From Eledone cirrhosa (taxonomy: Eukaryota), in the NCBI GenBank assembly GCA_964016885.1, contig OZ024743.1, positions 349,742,001 to 349,806,000 on the forward strand: 64,000 nucleotides of DNA, in the 5' to 3' direction. Position numbers and translations under genes: made by a program. The notes under the pieces are model-generated. The model was not told the origin of the DNA and did not search any database. It saw nothing but the letters and a program-made list of their open reading frames with translations. Below, piece by piece: positions 27,532 through 44,481 of the stretch. The stretch's first letter is position 1. Every line of letters begins with the position of its first letter.

Positions 27532-27635
27532 TGAGGCGGTGAATTGGCAGATTTATTAGAACGTTGGATTGAATGCTTTATGCTCCTTGAGTTCAAATCC
27601 CGCCGAGGTCAACTTTGCCTTTTGTCCTTTCATCC
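27532..27635 (+). mobile_element. tRNA-derived SINE fragment
   Basis: ggcggtgaattggcag...gagttcaaatcccgccgaggtcaactttgcc. Confidence 0.7.
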
Positions 27636-28337
27636 TCCCTGGAAGAAATCTGTTGTACTCAGGCATGAAGAGGGATGGGTTCCACCAGGCTTTAAAAGGC
27701 CCTAGAAACACCGTATGTCAAAACGGTGCCGCTTCGACTCTATCCGGAGTTACGGGACAAAAAAGAAAAAAGAAACATATTTGATGTTGGATAAACTCAA
27801 TACTTGTAGCAGAGTGAAATTGGATTGACCTTATTCGATGGTAAATTCATCCACGTCTTTATACACAATGCGCGTGAATGCGCACAAATATCCACACATG
27901 TCGTATATAGGAACAAAAACGAAAGAAAATGAACACTCATTACATTTCATAGGGTTTATATTTATGTATTTACACGAAAAGATGAAAGCATCTGACCGAT
28001 CATTTGTGAAACTGCTGGGCCAAACTAGTCATACAAACACACACATACAAACACACACATACAAACACACATATACACACATTTTATCTGTCTGATAAAT
28101 GATATAGATAGCCTGATATATGAGATCACAATAGACAAAGATAGAGTGTAGACGTACAAATAGAGATTTGCAAGTACCCTCTCTTTCTCCGTATATATAC
28201 GCATACATACATATATATACACATACACACATATACCTATATATATATTTATTTATTTATATATATATACACATGTGTGTGTGTGTGTGTGCATATATAT
28301 ATATACACACACACACACGCACAAACACACACATACG

Positions 28338-28369
<32 letters not shown>

Positions 28370-28805
28370 ATCAATATTGAAGCTATAATCACACTAATTC
28401 GCATGCATCAATGTTATGCTGCTGCTGCTGCTGCTGCTACTTCTACCTCACCACTGCCATCATCAATACAACTTTTAATATTATCCACTAATACGACTGT
28501 AGCTACCGGCGTCAAACTTGTATGTGTACTATCCTCAGCCACAACCACATCTAGTCATCGGGACACAGATCTAATGGTTGTTGTTTAATTCCAGGTGAAT
28601 TCTGAGTGAGCAGGTCTAGTATTAATAGCAATTGTGGCCGGTCCTGCTGGTTTTACCGGAGTCCAGCTTGTTGTAAGCATTTAGTTCATATTTTGGGGTC
28701 TAATGATAATTTCATCCCAACGATCACCGGACTTCAGAAGAACATGTGTGCAGTCCTCTGTTACTCTGACTGGGTCAATAAAAACAAAGCAAAACAAAAT
28801 AAAAT

Positions 28806-28865
28806 TACTACTACTACTACTACTACTACTACTACCACTGCTGCTCCTGCTGCTGCTACTGCTGT

Positions 28866-28897
<32 letters not shown>

Positions 28898-28938
28898 CTA
28901 CTACTACTAATAATAATAATAGCAGCAGCAGCAGTCGC

Positions 28939-28982
<44 letters not shown>

Positions 28983-29010
28983 CAGTAGTAGTAGTAGTAG
29001 TAGTAGTAGT
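28806..29010. repeat. Compound trinucleotide repeat (TAC/TGC/TAA/AGC/AGT)
   Basis: Direct observation. Confidence 0.9.
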
Positions 29011-29676
29011 ATATTGTGTGCAGTATGGTGCGTGTCGAAACAATTTTGTTTCCGAGATATAAACAATGTCACTATGCAGAGAGTGCAATTTGAGTGGGAG
29101 AGGAAGAAAGGAGAGAGAGAGATATACATAAACAAGAAAAAAAAAGTGACGGAATGGTACAAAGAGATGATCGAGAAAACGAAAGTGAGAGAAAGAGCAA
29201 ATGAGAGAATGAAAGGGGACAGAAAGCGACTGCTATGAGTGGGTGTTATACAGGTAAATTAAATGGATATCACGTGAAAAGGTTAGTCTGTATATGTGTG
29301 TATAAGTGCCGTATTAACTGAGTAGTGAGAACGACGTCTCCTCTACGTTCAAAACCCGATGGTGTCAATTACATTTCATCCATTTAGGGAAGATACAATA
29401 TTTTACCAGTCCAGTCCAGATCAATATTTGGGCCGATTCTTCTCTCACTTTCTCACTTTCTCTATATCTTTCCTTTTCATCCAGGAAAAAGTCGACTGTG
29501 CTCAGAAACGGACAGCGATGGACTCTGACACGTTTAAAATGCATAAAATAGACTTGAACGCTAAGGAAGATTATAAGTATATACAATGACGATGCCAAGA
29601 TATTTGCCAAGATATTTGGCGCCATAGATGTCTACAACGTGTATTTCATCGCTATGCGGCCCATTCTCCTAAAATG

Positions 29677-29985
29677 TAATCCCGGCGAGGTTAACTTTGC
29701 CTTTCATCCTTACGGGGTCGATAAAATAAAGTACCAGTAATACACTGGGATAATTGCTGGCCTTGTGCAGAAGTAGAAACAATTATATACTTTGGTGAAT
29801 TGGCAATATCGGTAGAGGGTCGGACACCATACTTTCCAGCTTAGTTACGTCCCTTTACGGTCTGAGTTCAAATCCTGTCGAGGTTAACTTTGCCTTTCAG
29901 CCTTACAGGGTCGATAAAATAAAGTACCAGTAATGTACTGGGTAATTGCTGGCCTTGTGCCAAAAGTAGAAACAATTATATACTT
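29677..29985 (+). mobile_element. Two tandem SINE copies
   Basis: SINE core at 29677-29790 and 29795-29985, both ending agtagaaacaattatatactttgg. Confidence 0.75.
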
Positions 29986-30771
29986 TGGCAAGCTAACATA
30001 CCTAATTTTAACGCTTCTGGCTTTGACCATACTAAGAAATTTATTAAACCTGCTTTTTTACTATATAATCCACACTCATCCACGCCAAATCCCATTACAG
30101 GTAAAATAACACAGGATCTTCACTCTTTGGCTATCTCCACAATACTACTAGTGGTAAAGTTGTTTAGTGGTTTATTTAGCAGGAAATTACTAATTATTTA
30201 ATTTGATTATACAAATTTATAGAAAACTGTGATCCTTTAAGGTTCAGTAATGGGCCTCTTCAACTTCTGAACCCTAGGTTACCGAATGTATGAAAGCAAA
30301 ATTTTACAAATGAGGATTGAAATACAAAAAATGATTTAAGAATATTGAAGAAACTTCATTTTTAGTGAGGAAGGCCACTTCCTTATCCAGGTACAGAGTA
30401 CTCAGTATGGTCAGAAGTCACCAAATCGAAATCTCCATAATGTTCACATCGACCAGAGCGAGAAACACACACAAGATAGGAATTTTGGTAGTTTGCCCGC
30501 AGTTGAGTGTATGATCCGCTAGGCCCAATACTTTGAGGTACTTTTGAAGAAAACTTGTTTTAGAATTATATATTTTATGTCCTGATAGATCCGTAAGACT
30601 GCAGCAAGAAGTGCGAACAAAAGGTTTTACATGATTTCCTCAAATATTACTTACAATGAATAAATGTTATTAAGGTCATTTGTGTTGGGCAAACACATTT
30701 TAAATTTCATATTTTCAAAATGCTTCTTAGAACAAGCTTAAAATCGTGTAAAAAGAATTAACAGCCAATAT

Positions 30772-30841
30772 TTCTTTAGCGTAGTGGTTAACGCACTCAA
30801 CCGGCATCCGAGAGGTACGTTGTTCGATCCCTTGCAAGAGT
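30772..30841 (+). pseudogene. tRNA-like pseudogene or SINE head
   Basis: A box TAGCGTAGTGG, B box GTTCGATCC, tRNA-like spacing, downstream poly-T; anticodon and acceptor stems mispaired. Confidence 0.55.
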
Positions 30842-30941
30842 CTCTGTCTACTTTTTTTTTTCTTTGACCAGTGTTACACGATTTCCTAAACTTTTATTAA
30901 TAGTAATCGACTATTATTATGTTTATTTGCGTTGGGCTGCG

Positions 30942-31013
<72 letters not shown>

Positions 31014-31039
31014 CAGAAATGATTACTGAGGTGTTGTAT

Positions 31040-32480
31040 GCATCTAGGATGGTGGGACACATCTTACTCACACGTACTATAACCCAATTAATCCAAGGGT
31101 TAGCGTAGCAAAATCACGATCAATTGGTACAAGGGCAAAGGAGATGTAATCTACAGATGAAACTATCGAGTTAACCTAGATGAGATGCAGTTTGGACTTG
31201 TGCCAGGTAAAAATACCACTGATATGCTTGTGAGAAGAAACTAGCTTGCTAAAAGTAAACCCTTTACTTAGTATTTCTTGACATGGAGAAAGCATTTGAC
31301 AGAGTCCCCATTCCATAATGTGATGGGGTCTTAGAGAAATAGGTGAAGATGAGTGGCTTGTGAAGGAGGTACAAGCCATGTACAGCGGAGCAGTAAGTAA
31401 GGTTAGGATTAAAAAAATGATTATAATGACGAATTTAGCGTTCATGTAGGAGTCCATCAGTGCTCTGTTCTTAACACCGTCCTATTTATTAACGTCCTGC
31501 ATGCTATAACAGAAGACATAAGAGTGGTTGCCCATGAGTAATCCTATAAGCCGATGATCTAACATTCATCACCGAATATATCGCAGAATTCTAAAAGAAA
31601 TTCTAAACTTGGAAGGAAAATTTCTTAATGTAATCTTAGCAAAGAATAAAGTCTTAATAAGTAGAAAGGAAAACAAGGCGCAGATCCCTTCAGGAAAAAG
31701 GTTTTGTTCACATTACAGGAAATGACTGGGTAGTAATTCCATCTTATGTCCCAAATGCAAGCTATGAGTACACACGGATGTAATTGGATCTCAGGCAGAC
31801 TAGTAAAGAAAGTATGTTTTATATGTGGTTGACGCACAGAAGAAAGCAAGAGATCACTGGAAACAAGCCTTTTTAAATGCTCTGAGGGCCCAGAAAGCGC
31901 TGTTGATTGCTTCTGTTACCTGGGTAAACAAATTAGCAATGGAGCTGGCTGTTTTGAAATTACAGTAGCCAGAGTGAGAGCGCGATGGAAGAAAGTTTAG
32001 AGAGCTGCTACCTCCGCTAGCTAGAAAATATTTTTTCCCTCAAAAGGAAAGGCGGATTATATGACGCTTGTGTACAGACAGCAATGTTGCATGGAAGGTA
32101 GACCGGGGCACTGTGTGCAGAGGAGCTACGAAGATTGGAAAGAAATGAAACTTCTATGCTTCGATGACTATGTAGTAGTAACATACATGAACGGGGAAGC
32201 GTCAATGAACTAAGCATAAGAGGGGTCAGATGCTGCGTGCTGTGGGAGGAAATTGCGGTGGTTTGGACATGTGATGCATGTAGAGAATGTTAGCTTTTTA
32301 AAAATGCGCAGGGCACTCAAAGTCGATGGAAAATATAGAAGAGGAATACCAACGAAAACTTGGGATGAAGTGATAAAACTGATCGTATCCAATTAAACGT
32401 CATAGGGTCGAGATCGCTAGCATTTTGATGTACTGCTGAATACCCACTATCCCATGTGTACAGGATGAAACAAGCATGTA
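31040..32480 (+). mobile_element. Degenerate RTE-clade LINE
   Basis: QFGLVPG, DMEKAFDRVP, GVHQ, FCYLG, LRWFGHV remnants across frameshifts. Confidence 0.7.
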
Positions 32481-32674
32481 GAGGACAGTAGTCAGCATTA
32501 ACCTTTTCTGTAATGTAGTTGTTTTGGTGCAACGATAAAAAGAACCCAGTCCACACTGTAATGTGTTTGACGTTAACAAGGGCAACTAGTTGTAGACACC
32601 AAGCCAAAATACAAATCCATATGAGCATGACGTGGGTCACCTGACTCATAAATTAACAACACATCTAACCCATG

Positions 32675-32732
<58 letters not shown>

Positions 32733-32738
<6 letters not shown>

Positions 32739-33014
32739 TAAATAAAAGTCAAATGATTAAAATTTAGCTTCGTTTATTACTGCTATATATATTTCAGTGA
32801 CAGCCATCTTTGGCTGTGACCTCTTCAGGCAGTTTGAATTAGTATGGTATAGACAAGTACATATGTTGTTTAGGTGTATGATATTGTCAATACTCTGATA
32901 TGCCCAGTTCCTTGTTGGGTTGTTAATTCACTGGGGAACTGGAGTCATATGACTCCAGTTCCCCAGTGAATTAACAACCCAACAAGGAACTGGGCATATC
33001 AGAGTATTGACAAT

Positions 33015-33020
<6 letters not shown>
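32733..33020 (-). mobile_element. Fold-back element with intact hammerhead and a perfect 144-bp palindrome
   Basis: Perfect 72-bp arms 32877-32948 / 32949-33020 with no spacer; flanked by (TA)n. Confidence 0.85.
32779..32833 (-). ncRNA. Type I hammerhead ribozyme
   Basis: Reverse complement actgc-CTGAAGA-ggtcacagcca aaga tggctgtcact-GAAA-tatata-TA-gcagt. Confidence 0.85.
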
Positions 33021-33064
<44 letters not shown>

Positions 33065-33068
<4 letters not shown>

Positions 33069-33076
33069 TATATGTG

Positions 33077-33145
<69 letters not shown>

Positions 33146-33205
33146 ATGTATACGTGTGTATATGTATGAGTGTGTATATATATACGAGTGTTGTGAGTGT
33201 ATATA

Positions 33206-33256
<51 letters not shown>

Positions 33257-34724
33257 ATATATATATATATGTATGCGTGTATGTGTATATGTGTGTAAAA
33301 AAAAAAATATATATATATATATATATATGTGTGTTTATGTGTGTATGTGTCTATGTATTTATATGTGTATATGTATGTGTCTCTATATGTATGCGTCTAT
33401 GTATGTGTATGTGTATTTATATGGTATGTGTATGTATATGTATGTGTATGTATGTGTTTTTTTATATATATGTGTATGTATATGTATGTATATGTATGTG
33501 TGTGTATACGTGTGTATTTATTTATATGTCTATATGTATGTATATCGATGTATACTTTATATTTTACTTGTTTGTATATATATGTGTGTGTATATATATG
33601 TGTGTATATATATATACATGTGTGTGTATATATGTGTGTGTATATATGTGTATATGTATGTGTATGTATATATATATGTGTGTATATATGTGTATATATA
33701 TATGTATATGTATATATATGTGTGTGTATGTGTGGATGTATATATATATATATATATATATATTTTCTTGATATATTTCTTTTTTCTTTTTTCTTTTTCT
33801 TTTCTTTTTATTTCTAAGTTTATAGATACATCTATAAATAGGCAGCCTGCCGAAACCGTTGAATACTGACCTCTCCCCCCCTCCCACCTAATTTCTGTAT
33901 CCTGATCTAAATATGTGTGGCAGTGTTTATGTGCGTGCATTAATGTCCATATGCTTATGATAATGCTATATGCACATATATATGTGTGTGGGGGTGTGTG
34001 TGTGTATGTATGTTCGTAGTTATGTGTATGTTTATGCATATACGCGCGTGTGGGTGTGAGTGTACGAATATGTGTGAGTATATGAATGTGTGTATACATC
34101 TATTTCATATTTATGTGTCTATACGCATTTTATCTGTGGATTATAGACTTACAGAGACATTAGCCTTGAATTTTTGTATTTGCATACATCTTTTTGGCAT
34201 GCGTATGCATGTGAACATATATCTTTATGTAAATATGTGTATGAAGTTAATTACATGTATATACACACACCAAACTGCATAAAATTTTTTGTATTTTCAT
34301 TGGTCAATTTGAACTCTGTTCCCAAACGGACCTGAAATTTTGAATTGTTGTTATTATCAATAAATATATTTCATTATTTCTGAAGACGGCATATATATGT
34401 GTTGGGTATGTATATTTAATTTTGATAGTTTGTATAATTTTGTATAATTTTGTACATAGATCTGTTGAATATGCATGCCAATTCTAACACATATATATCC
34501 TAGAAACGATCGTTAAATAATGAACTTTTTTTGTTTAATATAAGAAACTGTTTCATTGTTTTATTCATTATTTTTTTAATATTTTATCTTGACTCTGTAT
34601 TCCGTTTATCTTTCACCGAAAGTGATTTTTCATTGCATCTCTTCTTTCCATGATATCCGGATTACATTGAGTTCTTCATACGGATTGGACACTACCGTAA
34701 ACTCTTGGTAGATTTATCTACATA
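33065..34724 (+). repeat. Left pseudo-LTR
   Basis: Matches ~40115-41804 apart from microsatellite-length changes and rare substitutions. Confidence 0.9.
34370..34524 (+). ncRNA. Type I hammerhead with 116-nt domain II
   Basis: ttcattattt-CTGAAGA-cggcatatatatgtgttgg...ctaacacatatatatccta-GAAA-cgatcg-TT-aaataatgaa; 10-bp stem I. Confidence 0.7.
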
Positions 34725-34874
34725 ATTTTGCTCCTATTTTCACGGAAATATTCGTATTTTTGTACTGTATGTGTGTATTAATTTTATATTTATGTATATA
34801 CATATATATGTATGATTTTGTAAACCCATATACATTTAGTTGAGCTCTTTCAATTGTCCATCATCCATATCACA

Positions 34875-37316
34875 ATGGAAAAACAATATTTGGGAACCTC
34901 TTTAAAGAACATACCAATACCTTCTAAGGATGACTTCTTACTCCTTATGATTCAAAAATCTAATAATTTTATCAGAAGGGTTAGATGGAGGGCCTACCAC
35001 TTCGATAAAAAATCTAAATATGCAGATGGGAAATATATGTATGATTTCAATACTTACAAGAATCCACCACACAACTCTTTACTTGAAGACTTTGAGAAAG
35101 ACCTTTTTAATTTAATTAAACACCTCAAATTTAAAAAGTATAAATCCGTCTTTCAAAACGACCTTGATTCTACCCTATTGGACCTAAAAAAGTCTAAAAA
35201 AATCCACGTCCACTCGGACAAAACTGGTAACTTGTATCACATGGATATTGAAGATTATAATGAGTTCATATATAAAGAACTCAGGAAAAATTATAAAAAA
35301 TCTAATAATGCGTCACTCACCAACATCAACAACAAAACACACAACATAGTAAAAAAACTAAACATTGAAGATAGAACTGAACCTTTGGCATTGAAAAGAC
35401 CACACTTCAACCTGAAGGATCATAAATCAAACTTTAACTCAAATCCTTCTATAAGACTTATATGTCCCTCCAAATCAGATATTGGAATAATTAGCAAAAA
35501 AAATTTGGATAGAGTCATCCCACAAATAAGAAAACACGTTATTTTACCACTCTGGGAAAACACTTCCCAGGTAATTAACTGGTTTAAAAATATTAGATGT
35601 AAATCTTCTGCTTCATTTCTACAATTTGATATAGATAATTACTATTCTTCTATATCACCTATACTCCTGAACAAAGCATTGATATTTGCTAAATATAGAT
35701 CTAACTTAACTTTGGATGACATTAATATTATTACACATGCTAGACTAACACTTATTGAATTTCACAATGAATACTGGACCAGAAACACATATAGTAATCT
35801 ATTTGATATTACTATGGGTTCAAGCGATTCCGCCCAAATTACTGATCTTGTGGGCCTCTTTCTCCTTTTCAACATAAATGCCTCCTTTCCCCACCTTAAA
35901 GGTGGTTTATATCGTGATGACTGTCTTCTTCTTTCCAACAACCTTAGCCTTTCAGAAATAGAAAAAAACAAAAAGCATATTAGAACTTTCCTTAAAGACT
36001 ATTATAGTCTTCATATTACTTTTGAAAAAACAAGTAAAGTAGTAAATTTCCTAGATATAACTTTAGACTTAGCTACGGGTATCTACCAACCTTACCATAA
36101 ACCCAACCAAAACTTACATTACATACACTCACAATCTAATCACCCTAAATCTATCCTTAAAAACCTTGCATATAATATATCACTTAGAATTTCTAACCTT
36201 TCTTCTAACCAAGATGTATTTGATAAAAATGCGACCTTCTATAACGAAGCTCTAGATAGAAGTGGCCACAAAAATAGATTAGAATATATACCTTCTACTA
36301 AAAATACTAAAAACATACAACCTAATATTACCAACAAACACCAAATGAAAAGTACACACCTAAATGCCACCCACACTATACCCCAAAATACCAAATCTTC
36401 TAATATAAAATATAGTAACTCTCAAAAAACTACTCATCATACAACTCTAATAAATATTAATAATAAAACTCCTAATAAAAAAGATAAAACACCTAAATCT
36501 ACAAATATAACTAAAAATGGTTGTGGTGAGATCATTAACATTAATCCTCCTAGTAAACATCACGATACAACCTATAAAAATAATAAAAATAATAAACAAC
36601 ATAGAAACCGTAATAGACGGGTTACTTGGTATAATGCTCCATTTAATTTACAAATTAAGGATAATATTGCTAAAAAAATTTTTTATATCCTAGAGAAAAA
36701 CTTCCCGCCAAACCACAAATACCATCAAATCTTAAATAGGTCTACAGTTAAATTCTCATACTCAACAACAAATAACATAAAACAAAATATAAGTGCCTAT
36801 AATGCATATAAATGTAAGAAAACCATAAGTATACCACCAACACATCAAACTAACCATAATATCTCCTCAAATATAGAATTAACGAAAGGTTGTAACTGTA
36901 GAAACAAAGCAAACTGCCCATTAAAAGGAAATTGTCTTGTTAACAACATAGTTTATAAATGTAATGTTAAAACTAAAGATTCTATTTGCTCATATATAGG
37001 AGCTACTTCTAACAATTTTAAGACAAGGTTTAATACCCACAAACATAGTTTTAAAAATGCCGCACTGGCTAATACAACATCTCTAGCAGAAAAAATCAAT
37101 AGTTATAAAAATAACAATATAGAATATGATTTGACCTGGAGTGTGCTCAAAAGAGCCACCCCTTATCAAAATAATAGAAATGAATGTAGATTATGTTCCC
37201 AAGAACTATTTGAAATAATGAAATCTAAGGATATCCTATTAAATAAACGACAGGAATTAATTATATCGTGTAATCATAAACTAAAAAAAACATTTAAATA
37301 TTATAAACCTAATTAA
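34875..37316 (+). CDS. Penelope-like (Naiad) reverse transcriptase with GIY-YIG endonuclease
   Basis: 813-aa open frame from ATG: SLKNIP, DKT, FDIDNYYSSI, TMGS, GLYRDD, FLDITLD, CxCx5Cx5C finger, NIVY..YIG, CRLC. Confidence 0.92.
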   Translation: MEKQYLGTSLKNIPIPSKDDFLLLMIQKSNNFIRRVRWRAYHFDKKSKYADGKYMYDFNTYKNPPHNSLLEDFEKDLFNLIKHLKFKKYKSVFQNDLDSTLLDLKKSKKIHVHSDKTGNLYHMDIEDYNEFIYKELRKNYKKSNNASLTNINNKTHNIVKKLNIEDRTEPLALKRPHFNLKDHKSNFNSNPSIRLICPSKSDIGIISKKNLDRVIPQIRKHVILPLWENTSQVINWFKNIRCKSSASFLQFDIDNYYSSISPILLNKALIFAKYRSNLTLDDINIITHARLTLIEFHNEYWTRNTYSNLFDITMGSSDSAQITDLVGLFLLFNINASFPHLKGGLYRDDCLLLSNNLSLSEIEKNKKHIRTFLKDYYSLHITFEKTSKVVNFLDITLDLATGIYQPYHKPNQNLHYIHSQSNHPKSILKNLAYNISLRISNLSSNQDVFDKNATFYNEALDRSGHKNRLEYIPSTKNTKNIQPNITNKHQMKSTHLNATHTIPQNTKSSNIKYSNSQKTTHHTTLININNKTPNKKDKTPKSTNITKNGCGEIININPPSKHHDTTYKNNKNNKQHRNRNRRVTWYNAPFNLQIKDNIAKKIFYILEKNFPPNHKYHQILNRSTVKFSYSTTNNIKQNISAYNAYKCKKTISIPPTHQTNHNISSNIELTKGCNCRNKANCPLKGNCLVNNIVYKCNVKTKDSICSYIGATSNNFKTRFNTHKHSFKNAALANTTSLAEKINSYKNNNIEYDLTWSVLKRATPYQNNRNECRLCSQELFEIMKSKDILLNKRQELIISCNHKLKKTFKYYKPN

Positions 37317-37779
37317 TAACATTATTTTAGAAATTAATATATAATTTAATTTAAATGTTAGTTAACCTATAAATTTAATTTAATTAAAATTCTACTACAG
37401 ATGAGAATATAAAATATTGTGTAATCATAAATTGTGAAAAACCTTTAAATATTACTAATATATACTTAGTAATTTAATTTATAGATTAATTTTAATTTAT
37501 TTAACCCTTTATTAAAATTCCTTTACAGATAAAATATAACAAAATATCGAGTATTCAATGACAGAGAAATAATGTTTAGTATTATAGACCTAATTAATAT
37601 ACATTTTAGAAATATATTTATAATTTGGTTTTAAATTTGGTCAACCTAAAAATTTAATTTAATTGGCTTAAAATTAGTATCCTAATACAGACGGATTGCA
37701 GAGAGTCATGTAATCATAGAATGGGATGGGTTTTGGATGTATACCTAGTTAATATATTCTTTGCAATTTTTGAAAAAAT

Positions 37780-40845
<3,066 letters not shown>

Positions 40846-41448
40846 CTTGATATATTTCTTTTTTCTTTTTTCTTTTTCTTTTCTTTTTATTTCTAAGTTT
40901 ATAGATACATCTATAAATAGGCAGCCTGCCGAAACCGTTGAATACTGACCTCTCCCCCCCTCCCACCTAATTTCTGTATCCTGATCTAAATATGTGTGGC
41001 AGTGTTTATGTGCGTGCATTAATGTCCATATGCTTATGATAATGCTATATGCACATATATATGTGTGTGGGGGTGTGTGTGTGTATGTATGTTCGTAGTT
41101 ATGTGTATGTTTATGCATATACGCGCGTGTGGGTGTGAGTGTACGAATATGTGTGAGTATATGAATGTGTGTATACATCTATTTCATATTTATGTGTCTA
41201 TACGCATTTTATCTGTGGATTATAGACTTACAGAGACATTAGCCTTGAATTTTTGTATTTGCATACATCTTTTTGGCATGCGTATGCATGTGAACATATA
41301 TCTTTATGTAAATATGTGTATGAAGTTAATTACATGTATATACACACACCAAACTGCATAAAATTTTTTGTATTTTCATTGGTCAATTTGAACTCTGTTC
41401 CCAAACGGACCTGAAATTTTGAATTGTTGTTATTATCAATAAATATAT

Positions 41449-41603
41449 TTCATTATTTCTGAAGACGGCATATATATGTGTTGGGTATGTATATTTAATT
41501 TTGATAGTTTGTATAATTTTGTATAATTTTGTACATAGATCTGTTGAATATGCATGCCAATTCTAACACATATATATCCTAGAAACGATCGTTAAATAAT
41601 GAA
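41449..41603 (+). ncRNA. Second copy of the long-domain-II hammerhead
   Basis: Identical to 34370-34524, offset 7079 nt. Confidence 0.7.
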
Positions 41604-41798
41604 CTTTTTTTGTTTAATATAAGGAACTGTTTCATTGTTTTATTCATTATTTTTTTTTATATTTTATCTTGACTCTGTATTCCGTTTATCTTTCACCGAA
41701 AGTGATTTTTCATTGCATCTCTTCTTTCCATGATATCCGGATTACATTGAGTTCTTCATACGGATTGGACACTACCGTAAACTCTTGGTAGATTTATC

Positions 41799-41896
<98 letters not shown>

Positions 41897-42805
41897 CATA
41901 TGTATATATGTATGTATATATATATGTATATATATGTATATATACAGTATATGTGTGTGTTTGTGTGTCTGTGTGTGTGTATGTGTGTGTGTCTGTGTGT
42001 GTGTATGTGTGTGTTTATGTGTGTGTGTACGTGTGTGTTTATATACGCGTGTTTATGGATATATCGATTTCTGTCTCTACTAGAGACCGGTAATTCACAG
42101 ACATTTTTTCTTTATGCACATAAAAAATGATTCATCACTAAGTATATGTACACACAAACACACACACATTCACATATATGTACATATGCACACAAAAAGC
42201 AGTTTGACGTTGCTTTTATTGTGTAAACCAAAGTCAGCATTCTTGAACAGATTTTCAATCGTGATCACGTGTTTTTGTTTATAGGGAACTACATTGTCCA
42301 TTTAATAGTTGTTATTTTATTATAATACGGTGGGGAGATCTGTTATTCTTAGCAGCTTGAGAGACCGCAGATAAGTCCCCTTTTTCATCGGACACTCTCG
42401 TTCGCTTGATATAGTGAAATGATTATGTTTTTTAGCATCAGTTGGCTCTGGTCAAGTAGATCAATAACCAAATGTGTCGGAGTAAATATCTCTTAGTATT
42501 TCTCCTGAATCTCTTATCTCTGAGTCCGTCTTTTCGGGTTTTACTTTGCAAAGATACGACAACGTTTCATTAAACATTTCGTGTTCAAATCTCACGGAGG
42601 TTAATTTGCCTTTCATCCTTTCAGGGTTGATAATCAAACTACCAGTTCATAGAGTGTGGGTTGGTAGAATTGCTCTCGGTTGTTTGCGTTTTGTTCTCAA
42701 AGCCAGTATCCTGGAAGTAGAAATGTCATGATGCTTCTACCAGGAGATGCAAGAGAATGGTCAATGGAACCATGCTCCCTTGTTGTGATGAGGGGGTTCA
42801 ATATG

Positions 42806-42874
<69 letters not shown>

Positions 42875-42875
<1 letters not shown>

Positions 42876-44457
42876 TTTTTAGTCTCAGTCATTGATGTTA
42901 TTTAACTGGAAAGTTTGTTGAAATGAATATCAAGCCGCTACCTGCAGCCTCAGATATTCAGGACGTATCGGAGGGTTCTTGCTGTTCCCAGCATCTTTTC
43001 CCCATCTTTTTTCCTTGTCCAAAACCACCAGGTCAGGTCTATTGTGTTCCAGTTTCTTGTCCGTCTGTATCCTAAAATCCCACAGCAACTTCAGCTGATC
43101 GTTTTCTATCACCGAATCTGGCTTATGCTCATACCACTTCTCAGAATGTGGTAAATTGTTTACTTTGCATAGGTGCCAGTGGATTACCCTGCCCATCATA
43201 TCATGTCTCCAGCCTTTATAGTGAGTCTGGGCTAGGTGTTTACACTCGGATACAATGTGAGCCACAGTCTCCTCTCCTTCTCCACATATCCTGCACAGTG
43301 GGCTAGCCTCCTCCTTGTAAATATGGTGTTTCAACCACTTCGTTTTGAGGGCCTGCTCTTGCGCAACCATTAGCATTCCTTCTGTAGCCTTTTTAAGGTC
43401 TCCTCTTTTCAACCAGTTCCATGTCTGTGGATCTCTAAATTCAGTTTTCTCAAAGAAGGTACTATGAAGGGATTTTTCATGAAGGTTGCTCTTTCTCCTT
43501 GTTAATATTTCCTCCTTGGACATCCCCTGGTCTATTGTCCTCTCCTTCAGTACAATTCTGAGCATTGGCTTCCTACTATCAGTCACGTATTTGTGTAGGT
43601 TGTTTTTCTCCATCTGAACACAGTCCTCTATGCTGATAAGACCTCTTCCATCTTCAGACTCCTTAAGTAAAGTCTATCGACATCAGTCCTCTTGTGGAAC
43701 ATGTTGTAGATAGTCAATAGCTTCCTAGTCTTTCTATCCATTTCTTTTTGTTCAGCAACATTCCATCTCAGAATTCCCGCACTGTACCTAATAATAGACA
43801 CAGCTCGGTAATTTATTGCACTTATGGCATTCCTACTGTTCAGATGTGATTTTAATACGCTCCTTATTCTCCGAATGTATTCAGATCTTATCAACTCCTT
43901 CATTTCTTTGTTCTTGATGTCATCAGCCTCCAGAACACCCAAATACTTGTATCCTTCTTCAGTGTCAATTTCGTTTATCATCTCACCTGTTGTTACCTGG
44001 ATTCCGTTGCTTCTGCTTAATTTACCCCTCTTCATCACAAGGACTCCACACTTACTAATACCAAATTGCATACATATATCATTGCTGAAAATATGGACAG
44101 TGTCAACAAGCACATCCAACTCCTTCTCACTCTTCCCGAAGAACTTAAGATCGTCCATGAAGAGGAGGTGATTGATGGTAAGCTCTCTCTTTCCCAACTT
44201 GTATCCTGCTCTCACTATTCGCAGTATAATGGTCAGGGGGATCAGGGCAAGGACAAACAACAGACGGGACAGACTATCTCCCTGGAAGATACTTCTCTTG
44301 ATCTTCACGCCTCCCAAGGATTCTCCAGCTGATGTTAACTCTGTTTTCCAGGACTTCATACTTTTGCTCAACATCTGTCTGATGTTATCTGCCACCTTGA
44401 AGATCTCTAGGCTTTTGGTGATCCAAGAATGAGGCACCATGTCAAATGCCTTTTTGT
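42875..44457 (-). mobile_element. R4/Dong family A, 5'-truncated, with a deletion in the endonuclease region
   Basis: ORFs 43628-44440 and 42930-43613 match family A; (ATT)n at both ends. Confidence 0.9.
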
Positions 44458-44481
44458 ATTATTATTATTATAATTATTGTT

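Noticed and set aside
29450-29590. Plus-strand exon after a polypyrimidine-CAG
   Set aside because: No recognisable protein similarity or supported donor site.
30230-30460. Mariner transposase relic (IFSEEGHF-like)
   Set aside because: Only one short motif, with no TIRs or continuous frame.
30772-30841. Functional tRNA gene
   Set aside because: Anticodon and acceptor stems are mispaired; better explained as a pseudogene or SINE head.
34875-37316. Selenoprotein-type Naiad (in-frame UGA)
   Set aside because: The ORF is open with no in-frame TGA, and I saw no convincing SECIS.
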